Shown: positions 22,414 through 32,680 of the stretch, in pieces
How the letters are laid out: the number at the start of each line of letters is the position of its first letter
Numbering within the stretch: the first letter of the stretch is position 1
DNA from: Asterionella formosa
Taxonomy: Eukaryota
NCBI GenBank assembly: GCA_002256025.1
Contig: NKIB01000417.1
Span: forward strand, 1 to 32,803
Reading direction: 5' to 3'
DNA: 32,803 nt
Notes under the pieces: model-generated
Databases searched by the model: none
What the model saw: only the letters and a program-made list of their open reading frames with translations
What the model was told of the DNA's origin: nothing
Translations under genes and position numbers: made by a program

Positions 22414-22944
22414 TGACTTCGCCTGCTGCCTAGAGTATCAATGTCAATGGGATGGGATGGGATGAGATGGAGGAGATAGTTCAGCAATACATGGATACTG
22501 ACTTGGTTCAGCTAGAACTTGAAGAGGATGCTATCAAACCAGGTCAATCAAGAAACCTGATATACAAGTTTCTTGTCAAGACATCAATCGCATGGAACTT
22601 CCAGATTCTTGCCTGAGGGGGGGGGGATACAGTGGTTTCCAACCAGTGTCTTCAATGATTAAAAAAATTAGCAAATGAATGTTTGTCATCTATTATTTTT
22701 ATCAGTTAGTAACATTTAAAAAATATTCTGTAACATTCAATCATGCGCATACAGACACCTTTTTTCATCGAACCCTAACTCTACTACCGGTATTTCCTTT
22801 GCCGCTAACCCTAAATGCAGTCGCATGCAGTCATCAGACGAGGACATTCTTACGTATTATGCTCCAGCGGATAAAAACAATAAAATATCTGTTCTTACAA
22901 CTATCTTCGTTATGTGAATTCCCCAGACTGTGTCATCCTTCGCC

Positions 22945-23931
22945 ATGGCGCGGCACTCCCCATCAGCCGCTCTGTCCCCGACTGATTTCGTTAAGGGATA
23001 TCCCTTGATAATACTAATGACCATGATAATAATCTCTCAAAGTATCATGGCCTGGCTGATTCATCATCCCACAATCCCTCACAAGCCCGTTGAGCACCAC
23101 TTGAGTCCACAAACAAACGCTTCCGTGCTCATTCTAGCTGCCGTTCCCCGCGATGCAAATCACTTAGCAGCTCTTTGGACAATCATGGAATGCTTTACTT
23201 TTGGATTCGACATGGTACTGATATCCTCTTCCAAAGAGTCCCAACCAATCATGGAAATGGCAGTCCAGAAAATGTACGATCAAGAGTTGCATCACAACAT
23301 TCAGACGATATATACCACGAACGACCGATACGATGTTGGTTTATGGTGCGATGCGTTGGAGTATCTCACACTTAGGAAGTTCAAGTACTTCGTGTTGCTC
23401 AATGATTCTGTCTTTGCCCTACGTCGCTTTCGAGCCGTCTTGGACTTTTTGCAAACCGATAGGTACAACTTGGTCGGCCTTACCTATAGTCATTTGGGAG
23501 GCTCGTATTGGGTAGAGTCATTCTTTAGAGGCTTTTCGTTAAAAGGAATTCAAAAGTTACGACAGCATTCATGTATTATGTCTCCCTACGATGCTTCCTA
23601 CGCATACAAGCGAGCGATTGTGGATCATCACGAAATTGCACTCACAGCCTTGTTTGAACCAAGTGAACGCACAGGATTGTTCTCGGCAGACCCACCTGAA
23701 TTGTATCCGTCAGGTCGAGGGTGGAGTAATAAAACATGGACGACCGTACAGAATATCATGTATTGGAAGGAAATTTTAATTGAGACGCAACGTTTTCCTG
23801 TGGGCAAGGTGAAAATGCCAAGAATGGTACCAAATCTTACCTCCCCGATCTTGAACCAATGTATGGAGAAAGTAGAGCCTTCCTATTTTGAGGATCTCTA
23901 TGATGAAAATAGCACAAAAAATATAATTTAG
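22945..23931 (+). CDS. Type II membrane protein with rhamnan synthesis F (RgpF)-like glycosyltransferase motifs
   Basis: GCCATGG start at 22945 and TM segment YPLIILMTMIIISQSIMAWLI. Motifs NDRYDVGLW, VLLNDSVF, VGLTYS and WVESFFRGF parallel RgpF-like NxGYDFGAW / LxNDS / WGLT / HLQSYFxxF. Confidence 0.65.
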   Translation: MARHSPSAALSPTDFVKGYPLIILMTMIIISQSIMAWLIHHPTIPHKPVEHHLSPQTNASVLILAAVPRDANHLAALWTIMECFTFGFDMVLISSSKESQPIMEMAVQKMYDQELHHNIQTIYTTNDRYDVGLWCDALEYLTLRKFKYFVLLNDSVFALRRFRAVLDFLQTDRYNLVGLTYSHLGGSYWVESFFRGFSLKGIQKLRQHSCIMSPYDASYAYKRAIVDHHEIALTALFEPSERTGLFSADPPELYPSGRGWSNKTWTTVQNIMYWKEILIETQRFPVGKVKMPRMVPNLTSPILNQCMEKVEPSYFEDLYDENSTKNII

Positions 23932-24116
23932 GAAATTTTATAATATGCTATTGTTAAAGAACTCGACATTGTGGAGGTTGTGAAGTCGCAACTTGGCCCC
24001 ATAGAGGGCCTTAGACCTGGTAACTTGTAGCATTTGCTCTTTAATCATGCGTGGCACTGTTTCTTTTATATTAAATTAAAACGCAGCTCTATATTAACAC
24101 ACAGGACTCTTCTCTA

Positions 24117-26318
24117 CTAGAAATCGTCCCACCCATCCGCCAAGTCATCATTGCCAACATCTAGCTTCTTAACTTGGGCCTTTGGAACATTCAACTTTAG
24201 CGCACCCCTTTGTTGTGTGGCCTTTGGAATGATTATTTTGGCTGATGAGCGAGCAGGTTTCAAATCCAACGCAGAAAAGACGTCGTCATCATTCATTCCT
24301 CCAAGATCCAAGTCGTCTTCGTCGTCATCGTCCCAGCCATCATTGGTAGGAGCCGCCTGGGTCGATGTTCCAGTTATACTCAAGGAAGAAAATGCTGGTG
24401 GGGGTTGTCTGGGCATGGTATTCAAGGACGTTCTGGGTCCAGCAGTCGAAGAATATGTACTATCGTTGCCAACTCCCATAGCATTACCTCCTTTCTCATC
24501 AGGCTTTGCTGTAGTCGACATCCAGCTTGATATCCCACTCAAATAGGACCCACTTGGCGGTGCTGTTACGGGAATCACAGGTTGCATTGGCATCACCGGT
24601 TGAATCGTTTGGGACGGTATTTCTCCAACGCTGCTTTCATGGTGGTTCCTCCTTAAATTCATCATGAACTCATCAATGACTGCAAATGCCACTGAACGAA
24701 CATCACCAAGTTCATCTATACACATTGGCATGATACAGGGCAAAACTTTGGTAGCAATCTCAGGGAGACTGAACCATTCCTTTGAATTTGAAGTGGCTTT
24801 CAATGCCGCGAGTCGGCAAGGTCCATATGGGTCTTTAAAGGCTCGTACAAAAGCTGGCAGAAGGAGCTTTTGTCTAGCCATTTCACTCAGGTGTGGTGCA
24901 AGCTGGGGAATAATAGCCAGAGCGTGTGTTCTAATGTTTGCTGAATTGTCCGATTGCAAGCGGACCAAATATCGCGAGAGCTTTTCGATGTTGGTAGGAT
25001 ACAGGTTTGGGACCAATACCAAAGTAGCTTTTAAGGTCAACTCGCGTAGGGCTTCACTACTGTCTGAGAATCCGCTGCAAAGAGGCTCGAAGACGCTTGC
25101 ATTAATGTCAGGTTTGGAAAGGTTTGTCGCCAACAATTGAGTCCTGGACAGCAGTGCCCCTCTGACTCCTCGGTCTTTGACAGCAAACAAAAGTGGGCAG
25201 AGAGGCGTCAATTCTTTTCCAATATTCCCTTCTTCCAAGACAAATTCCACAATGTGAAACAACGGTCCGAGCATGGCCAATACTTCTCGTCGGTAAAAAT
25301 CTTGGCTTAGCAAAGCCTCTGATGAACAAATCGTTGTAATTGAACTTTGAATAATTGGCAAGAGCTTGTACTGGGCTACATTGTTTTCCATTCTATCCAT
25401 TTGCAGAGATTGCCAAAAGCGAAGCTTGTTTTCCACAGGTTGAACCGCCAATTCTTCAAGCTGCGCCATGAATTGTGCATATGGTGTCTCAAAGACAGGA
25501 CACTTGAGAAGCGGCGCCAGTCTAGGCCGCATCTTCAGCGTCGGCGTCTGAAGACGCTGGACAGCCTTTTGAAGCGGTGCCGGAATTTTCCCTTGGTAGT
25601 ACTCGTTGATAAGGACCCCCATGGCATAACTGTCCATGGTATGCACCCCATTCAGCGCAATTCCATCCCACTTTTGCTGAATCCGCTCTGGCGATCGGTA
25701 GCTCTGTGGAGTCAAGATAGCTTCATACTCGCGGAAGTAATGCGTCGGCCCCCCTCCTCCGTCAGTTACACCTACCGGAGTCACCAGACTGAAATTCCAA
25801 AGCTTGACATCGCCAGCCTTGTTGACGTACCACGTGCCGAAGGACAAGTTTCCGTGTGCTAGATTTCCCGAGGTATGCAGGAAGGAGAGCGAAGAAATCA
25901 TGCATTGGAGGCCCCATGCCAACTGATCGGCGCTTGGCTTTGTCTCTAGCCATTGATGGAGTGGAATGCAGGATTCAGTGACAATGATCCAATCCCCTGT
26001 TGTAGGCATGTTGAACGGGTTTTGATCCAGGATGACATCAGCGTTCGGATTGTCTGTATCCAGCGATGCCATCACTTGCAAAATGGATGGATGCCGCATC
26101 TTCTTGCAATACTTGTAGTGATGGTGAGCTGGAAATATCTGAAAGCTGCTATTGTGGCCGCGGAACGCCTGCTTGCAGAGCTTTGGCTTGTTGGCTTGAA
26201 AGACTGTCACTTCGCTTCCATCCGACTTTTTGCTTCCTTTGTGGACAGACCAGCCGTCATCAGTGACGAACTGGAGATCGCCAATGGCAAATGGAAGGGC
26301 AGATGCTGAGTTGCCCAT
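24117..26318 (-). CDS. SCY1-like pseudokinase (SCYL1/SCYL3/Cex1 family) with HEAT repeats
   Basis: KKMRHPSIL, LAWGL, LSFLH..HGNL and GDVKLWNF kinase-like domain. HEAT region GFSDSSEALRELTLKA, RAFKDPYGPCRLAAL. MGNSAS myristoylation-type start and acidic WDDF tail. Confidence 0.9.
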   Translation of the reverse strand: MGNSASALPFAIGDLQFVTDDGWSVHKGSKKSDGSEVTVFQANKPKLCKQAFRGHNSSFQIFPAHHHYKYCKKMRHPSILQVMASLDTDNPNADVILDQNPFNMPTTGDWIIVTESCIPLHQWLETKPSADQLAWGLQCMISSLSFLHTSGNLAHGNLSFGTWYVNKAGDVKLWNFSLVTPVGVTDGGGGPTHYFREYEAILTPQSYRSPERIQQKWDGIALNGVHTMDSYAMGVLINEYYQGKIPAPLQKAVQRLQTPTLKMRPRLAPLLKCPVFETPYAQFMAQLEELAVQPVENKLRFWQSLQMDRMENNVAQYKLLPIIQSSITTICSSEALLSQDFYRREVLAMLGPLFHIVEFVLEEGNIGKELTPLCPLLFAVKDRGVRGALLSRTQLLATNLSKPDINASVFEPLCSGFSDSSEALRELTLKATLVLVPNLYPTNIEKLSRYLVRLQSDNSANIRTHALAIIPQLAPHLSEMARQKLLLPAFVRAFKDPYGPCRLAALKATSNSKEWFSLPEIATKVLPCIMPMCIDELGDVRSVAFAVIDEFMMNLRRNHHESSVGEIPSQTIQPVMPMQPVIPVTAPPSGSYLSGISSWMSTTAKPDEKGGNAMGVGNDSTYSSTAGPRTSLNTMPRQPPPAFSSLSITGTSTQAAPTNDGWDDDDEDDLDLGGMNDDDVFSALDLKPARSSAKIIIPKATQQRGALKLNVPKAQVKKLDVGNDDLADGWDDF

Positions 26319-26750
26319 GTCGCTGGTTCCTCAAGTGATGATGGTCGTTGTGTGCGGTGAAGGAAAACAATCGACGTCCTGCCTGTGCCTTCATGGATCA
26401 TAAAAATATTACCTACCGGTAGTCAGTCAGTCGAATACGTGCTGCCAGGCTTATGAGGACGAAAGCGTTCCGCCCGTAGTGGTCGTTTCGTGACGACAGG
26501 AGGAGAGGATCGACTTGCTCGAGCTTCTATCGGAGATAAAAATGATGGCACAGGAAACAAAAATACGCACCGTATACTTACTTCACTGTCCTGGACCCCC
26601 TTGTGAGGTTTCGAGGTGGCACCAAACACCCAATGATTTTCTAGACATTGACAAAGTAGCATGCTGTAATTCTGATTTTTGAATGACAGAACCAGGGTAC
26701 CATTATAAACTACCGGTCCTACCAAGAATGCCTACTATATATTAATCATC

Positions 26751-26855
26751 ATGTCAACAACAAGATCAACAACAATCAATGGCTACCACAATGGGGAGTT
26801 GCTTGGACTGAATGCTTCCAACAATCATGGGCGCTCATGTGAGCAACGTCTGTGA
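26751..26855 (+). pseudogene. 5' fragment of small Cys/His protein family (homologous to 31558-32004)
   Basis: MSTTRSTTINGYHNGELLGLNASNNHGRSCEQ aligns with *DGKILGLCGATNGRRCVQH. Confidence 0.65.
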
Positions 26856-27320
26856 ACAGATTTTCCATTAGATCTAATGTTTTACTCAGCATACGTTAAA
26901 AAAACTGATTGATCATTCAAAAATTTTGACATGTTCTTGATGATAATTTTGATATATCAACAATGGCAGTGTCTGTATGATCAATCAAATTTGTACATAA
27001 GGTGAGTAGCATACACATGTTAGGTTATGCGTATATAAGAACTCATATATATTAGTTACCAAATCTAATCGGTTATCCAAAATTGTTGATATATTGATCA
27101 AATGTTGTGTTATGTTGATGATAATTTTGATATATCAATGACCATGTTGGTGTGGTCAATCAAATTTGTTTGTCAGATTACTTTCTTACACACGTCAGGT
27201 TACACATAGATAGAAGTCATATATATTAGTTATCAAAACTAATATGCTAGCCAAATGCTTTGATATAGTGATACGTTGTTTGATTGATCAATAGCTGTTG
27301 TTCTTTGATCAATTATTGTT
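26849..27320 (+). mobile_element. Repeat-rich transposon end with 178-bp tandem duplication
   Basis: TCTGTGAA..CATTAGATCTAATGTTTT..TGATTGATCA resembles the arm starting at 30885. TTGATGATAATTTTGATATATCAA occurs at 26937 and 27115. Confidence 0.6.
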
Positions 27321-28793
27321 TTAGCAAAGGTTATGACTTTACACAGATCACCTTACGTGCTGTATGTAAACCTTGTACCCAACGATGCTATCAGAATGAG
27401 TTTTGTGCAACAACGGTGCGTTCCTTGTTGCCATTTCGATTTGAATGCTCTACCGGTACATGCTTTGATCCAATTCTTGTACCAGTAGTATTCGTCATTA
27501 TCTCTCCATTCGCATATCAGTAATCGAATTTCTTACAAGCCATGTGCGTTTGTTGAACAATCCCGTACGAGCTACCTTCTTGCTTCTTGCGGGGACGACG
27601 ATGATCTCAGTCTTATAACGAATGATATGGTCTTGATATTCATGGGGAATTATGCTGGCGAAGTTTGATTGTTTGTTTCTTACTACTCGAAATCAAAAGC
27701 TTTGGTCAATTTATACGACAGAATTGGAGAACGATGCATTGAAGGCCATACCCAATTCCAATTCCAACCGAAATCAAGAAGATAATTCCTTTTGATCATA
27801 ATTCGCCCATTGCGAACATCGATCCGTATTTCGAATCTGTTCTTCAAGATTTATGTGGATCAAAGTGAAGATGGACCAGATGGCTGCGTAGTTTGTTGCT
27901 CATGGCCTTAATCATGGGTCTTCCATTCTCATTGACTAGCTATTGGCAAGCACGTTTGTATGCTGCAGAATTAGAGCCGCAACATCACTAATCAGGAAGT
28001 AGCTTCATTTCATTCAGGAAATAGTAGCATCACATGAACCTTGAATAGTAGCAGGGGGTTAGAAATAACAATCGTAACTTTGCTTCATAACATTGTACTA
28101 TCCCATTGTTTTAAGAAATCTCTGTATCGGCAACATCAGAGGCAATATATAAGACAGCCTAACCCCATTGCCACACATATACTACTTTCCACAAAGTGGT
28201 TGAAACAGGACATGGTCGCCAGTCTGGATGTAGTACATGGGTGCATTTGGTGGCATATTGTTGTCTTTCTGATGTAGTCTAAAATCTCAAGGAAAGTGCT
28301 GAGTTTTCCATAAAATCATCACTGGTCCTATATGATTCCGAAATTTCCTTGAAGTTTCAAATGATGTTTTGTTAAACAAGCCAGACTCTAGGACCACATA
28401 GAATTTGTTGAGAACAAATCCAGAACACTGTCATATAGTCTCTTCTCCTTGCCTTTGTCATCCTGATCAAAGTATCTAACCAGTAAGAGTCATTCCTTAC
28501 TCTACCGTTGTCTCTTGAACAGACATGAAATAAGCCATAGAAACAGTATCCCCTTCACAACCAAGATCGTTCCATTCCTTGTAGCACTTCTTGGAGTCTT
28601 TGCCATTCCAGATAACAAGTGATATATGGCACTATCGATAGCGTGCAAATGTCAAGTTGTCAAGAAAAACGTGACTGTAACAGAACAAGGAAGCAGAAAG
28701 GGATAATGGTCTGTCAACTATAGGTTTATACAGTGGGCAAGTGCTGGATCGGAAGTGATGCAGCACCAACATACTCAGTAATAGACATTAGAT

Positions 28794-29081
28794 TGGTAGC
28801 GCAAAGCTACAGTTTCATAGTACCAGCTTAGTAATAAGTACAGTTTCACTGTAGCCACCACGTCATGTTCCGACCGGGTATTGAGACAAGGGGAAGAAGG
28901 GAATGCTGGTAGGGCAAACCTACAGTTTCACAGTACCAGCGTAGTAATACATACAGTTTCACTGTAGCCACATCATGTTCCGACCGGGTAATGAGAGAAG
29001 GGGAAGAAGGGAATGCTGGTAGTAGGGCAAACCTACAGTTTCACAGTACCAGCGTAGTAATAGGTACAGTTTCACAGTAGC
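28794..29081. repeat. 113-bp tandem repeat, ~2.5 copies
   Basis: CTACAGTTTCA at 28807, 28920 and 29033. Each unit holds two TACAGTTTCA motifs and a purine run GGGGAAGAAGGGAA. Confidence 0.93.
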
Positions 29082-30496
29082 GGGTATTCGAATTCCTGTT
29101 AAGTCTTGTATATTTTATCTAATCATACATACTGGTTGGGTATTAAATGTTCCTTCGAAAAAGTTACTAGACATACAGAGATGTATGTTATACATACTTT
29201 TTGAAGCAGAGGAAATGTTGAGATATTGTTAAAAAATTCATGCCGGTAGTGCATTCTATTCCACATAACAAACTGATGAGGAAATGGTGATGGAGAACCT
29301 TCTACCAGTATCAAACCAACCGGTGAGAAGAGGTAAGTTATATGTTTGTTTTGTTTCTCAACTGTGGCTACCAAGGGGCTTATGATTGGTACTGGCCGTG
29401 TGAGACCGGAAGCAAACTATAAAATTGTATCGCTGTTTGTGTGCGCTGCTGCCACTCAAAGTTTCTACACTTCCTCAGGACCAACGATAAAAATCAACCT
29501 AATTACGAGGTAAGAAGCCGCACTTAATATTTTTTTCACAATGCTGCAAAGGCTTTGTAGTGTCTGTGTCCATTAATTAGGATTTCGACATTAATAACAT
29601 CTTTACTCTCAATATGAGCAGATGTGAGGGTTACCCATCGATCAACAGTGAGAGCATAGGTAATTTACTACACTCTCCTCATTTGATGCTCGTTATGTCG
29701 ATTGGAACGACGTTAAGTTACTATAAAGATTGTTTATGTCATCAGTTTGTGGCACATGTGTGGCTGGAGATGCTTTAATCGTTGCAACACTTTTGCTAAC
29801 GTTGATATTATCTCCTCAAAATCATACAGGAACCTTGGAGAATGTGGCTTGCTACCATTCTTAATGGAAGCAACAATCAACCATGAGAGCACAGATAAGT
29901 TTTATGCACATTGCCAGCTCATACGGAAAATGGAGTGATGGATTGTTCATGTGATCGTTTTGTTGCACATATCTTCGTTTAGATACCTTGCTTACTTGAT
30001 GCAACAGTTTTGCTAACATTGTTGTTATTATCTCTTACAGGAAAGTCGTACAAGAACATTGGAGAGTGTGACTTGCTGCCATTAGCAATGGTAGAGGTTC
30101 GAATAAAGCATCATCAATTTCGTTTATTCTCTCATTTTATTTTGAAGAGGCAATGATCTAAACATAGCTACCGGAAGTGAAAATTAAGGTATTGAAGACC
30201 ACTGTGTGCTCATTCTGATAGAGGATGCACAGTGGAAAGTATGGGTGACCAGAAGTAGAATATTTGAGTATTAAATAGCAATCCATTTAATTCGATTTGT
30301 GTTCATCATTGATCGAACATGATAATAGGTTTGATCAATGAGAGAAATAAGTTAGATCAGTAGTAATGAATGTTAGATCGAAAGCTAACGAAAGCTAAAA
30401 ATTCTATTTGATATTAGCATTCCAAAGGTTAGACCGAATGAATAAATGATTTGATCTCATGATTACTATCTTTAGATCGAACACCAAAACATTAGT

Positions 30497-30612
30497 TGAT
30501 ATCAATCAGTTTTTTGTATGATCAATCAGTATTTCTGTATGATCAATCAGTATTTCTGTATGATCAATCAATATTTCTGTATGATCAATCAGTTTTTTTG
30601 TTTGATCAATCA
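30497..30612. repeat. ~21-bp minisatellite (TGATCAATCAGTATTTCTGTA), 5-6 copies
   Basis: ATCAATC cores at about 30501, 30521, 30542, 30563, 30584 and 30606. Confidence 0.92.
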
Positions 30613-30697
30613 AAAAATGATACGTCATACTGAGAATTTTTGGGGCAGTGGGTCTGACAGCAAAACTGTTAGGCCTAACGGTTTTTTTATTTACAGA

Positions 30698-30884
30698 AGA
30701 TCATGAATGCTGTGTGAAGGCGATTAAGGCTGATGATGTGAAAAGGTTCAAGCTGGCTATTGTGGAGGATGTATCAGGCAAGCCATTGGAGATGATCAAG
30801 GCTGTCCTCATTATGGTTGCCACAGAACTTTGCACTGTGTGTTGGGTTTCTGGGCAGAGAAGTTGCAGCATTGCCTTCATAATG
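30698..30884 (+). pseudogene. Internal fragment of the same small Cys/His protein family
   Basis: EDHECCVKAIKADDVKRFKLAIVE..MIKAVLIMVATELCTV/GFLGREVAAL aligns with QHRCCGAHVRINDTVRFKLTMVE..AMKAVVV*DGTELCTVGFLGKNIVAL. Confidence 0.8.
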
Positions 30885-31557
30885 TCTACAAATGAAAAAT
30901 GCATTAGGCCTAACACTTTTGCTTAATTGTTGACTGCCCCAAAAATATCGCAGTATGACGTATTCTTTTGATTGATCATCATAGTACATACGAAGTTGTT
31001 GATCACACAAATAAAGTTATTGATCAATAACTTTTTGTGTGTCTGATCATAAACAGATTTCTGCATGATTATATACAAACTGACATTTTATCAATAGTTT
31101 TTGTTGTTGCATCAGGTATTGTACCCTTTGTATTGTACATTCAATCTATTCATATATCAATACACTCTAAATTTATCGTTCCAACTATGGCATGATTGTT
31201 AATACAGAAATATTTATCCAACTTACAAGCAAATGATAGCAATCATTCGATGAAGTCAATTGATCCTTTGATCTAACATTTGGAGTGCTTGATCAAATGA
31301 TACTTAGCTCTCGACCTGACGTTATCATTTCTACAGATCTAAAGCAGTCGTACCTTTTGTCAAACATGTTATGATGTTCAATCAATGATCTACCGTAAAT
31401 CCCGTAATTCTGTCATCCACCAGCCACGCTCCTGTCTCCTCAGTGTACATCTGGTGCTACACACCCAAATATTTTACATGTGCAGAAAATAGAACATATT
31501 ATTTTTCTATTATAAGAAGCTCCCAGTATGCATCATATTATTTTGTTCGGAACCATC

Positions 31558-32004
31558 ATGAAAATGAAATCCCTTTGAGATGGAAAAATACTCGGCCTAT
31601 GCGGTGCCACAAATGGGCGACGCTGTGTGCAACATCGATGCTGTGGAGCTCATGTTCGCATCAATGATACAGTGCGTTTCAAGCTGACAATGGTGGAGAT
31701 TGTTGGTGAGGAGAAAGAGCTGCAGATGGCGATGAAGGCTGTGGTTGTCTGAGATGGAACAGAGCTGTGTACAGTTGGGTTTTTGGGCAAGAACATTGTT
31801 GCTTTGGAGGAAACAAGTTCTCGATATCAAGACAAGTTTGCTCAAATCATTGAGCTGTATGATGAAAGTGACAATCAAACAAAGAGGGTTAGGAGTAACC
31901 ACAACCTTGGAGTAGCTTTGTTTCGACTTTTTGATGACATCCAATTCAAGAGTAAATGGATTCTTAATGGTGCTTTTTTGAATACTAAGGTTCAAAAATC
32001 TTGA
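31558..32004 (+). pseudogene. Near full-length small Cys/His, HIRAN-like transposon-associated ORF with two in-frame TGA stops
   Basis: Single frame from ATG 31558: MKMKSL*DGKILGLCGATNGRRCVQHRCCG..VRFKL..KAVVV*DGTELCTVGFLGKNIVA..KFAQIIELYDESDN..RSNHNLGVALFRLFDDI. Confidence 0.75.
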
Positions 32005-32204
32005 TTGAACAAGAATGATAGATTCAATACATATTAACTAGTAGTTGAACATTTTAAGACGTCAAACTAGTCATATGATTTAACTTCTTGTTGTCAACAA
32101 AACAAAAATACTTTTTCCATTTGCAAGTCAGACATGTAGTTTAAAAAGGATATATTTAACAAATAAAAGATTTAATCAATAAATTTTATTCAAATAGACT
32201 ACAA

Positions 32205-32680
32205 CTAAAGTAAACCAACTTTGTATCCATTACTGGCCCAGGTATTTGTGATCGAAGATACAATTATCTGGGCCCATGCTGCCTCCACCCATTGGGCAAC
32301 ATTATGCCTCTTAACTTTTTCATTTTCTAAGTTTTGAACCATAAAATTCTCCCAGGCAGCCTGCACATAACCTTTGAATAGCTTGTTGACACCCACATCC
32401 AATACTTGAAGCTGGGATGTGTAGCCAAGGGTTATAATGTCAACCTAAGTGCCACAAGATTTAATAGCATCTACACAATTGCCAACTTTGTGAACCGAAA
32501 AGTCGTCCATTAGTAGGTAAGTTGGCTCTCCTAGGAATCCCGGAGTCCAGGGCTTCCAAATCTGCTCAATCCAATTCAAAAAGACAGTTTGGTCTACCCA
32601 AGCCCCGGCCTGGCAAGAGTGTTTCACTGAAACCGGAAATTCGTTTGGTGGATTGATGGCTAACTGCCTGCTTATCTGTT
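32205..32680 (-). pseudogene. pogo-like DDE_1 transposase, C-terminal half (DD35D spacing), one internal stop
   Basis: AWVDQTVFLNWIEQIWKPW..LLMDDFSVH..GT*VDIITLGYTSQLQVLDVGVNKLFK..VAQWVEAAW..ITNTW. 35 residues lie between the 2nd and 3rd Asp. 5' truncated. Confidence 0.88.

Larger units (their letters stand above)
30295..31400. mobile_element. Long imperfect inverted arms (30295-30697 / 30885-31400) around a 187-bp gene fragment
   Basis: Arms share, in inverted orientation, TGATCAATCAAAA..ATACGTCATACTG..TTTTTGGGGCAGT..AGCAAAAxTGTTAGGCCTAA, and further out ATCATTGATxGAACAT and CCAAAxGTTAGA. Confidence 0.85.

Noticed and set aside
22771..22815. AACCCTAAC and CTAACCCTAA as a telomerase RNA template
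   Set aside because: No supporting promoter, pseudoknot or terminator seen; more likely telo-box-like promoter motifs or chance.
27340..28700. Coding-like decayed sequence
   Set aside because: Frames are too broken to support any family assignment.
28794..29081. Possible CRISPR-like array (also 5211-5523)
   Set aside because: The intervening sequences are themselves repeated rather than unique spacers; eukaryotic context with no cas genes.
30518..30706. ORF with MINQYFC repeats
   Set aside because: Translation artefact of the 21-bp minisatellite.
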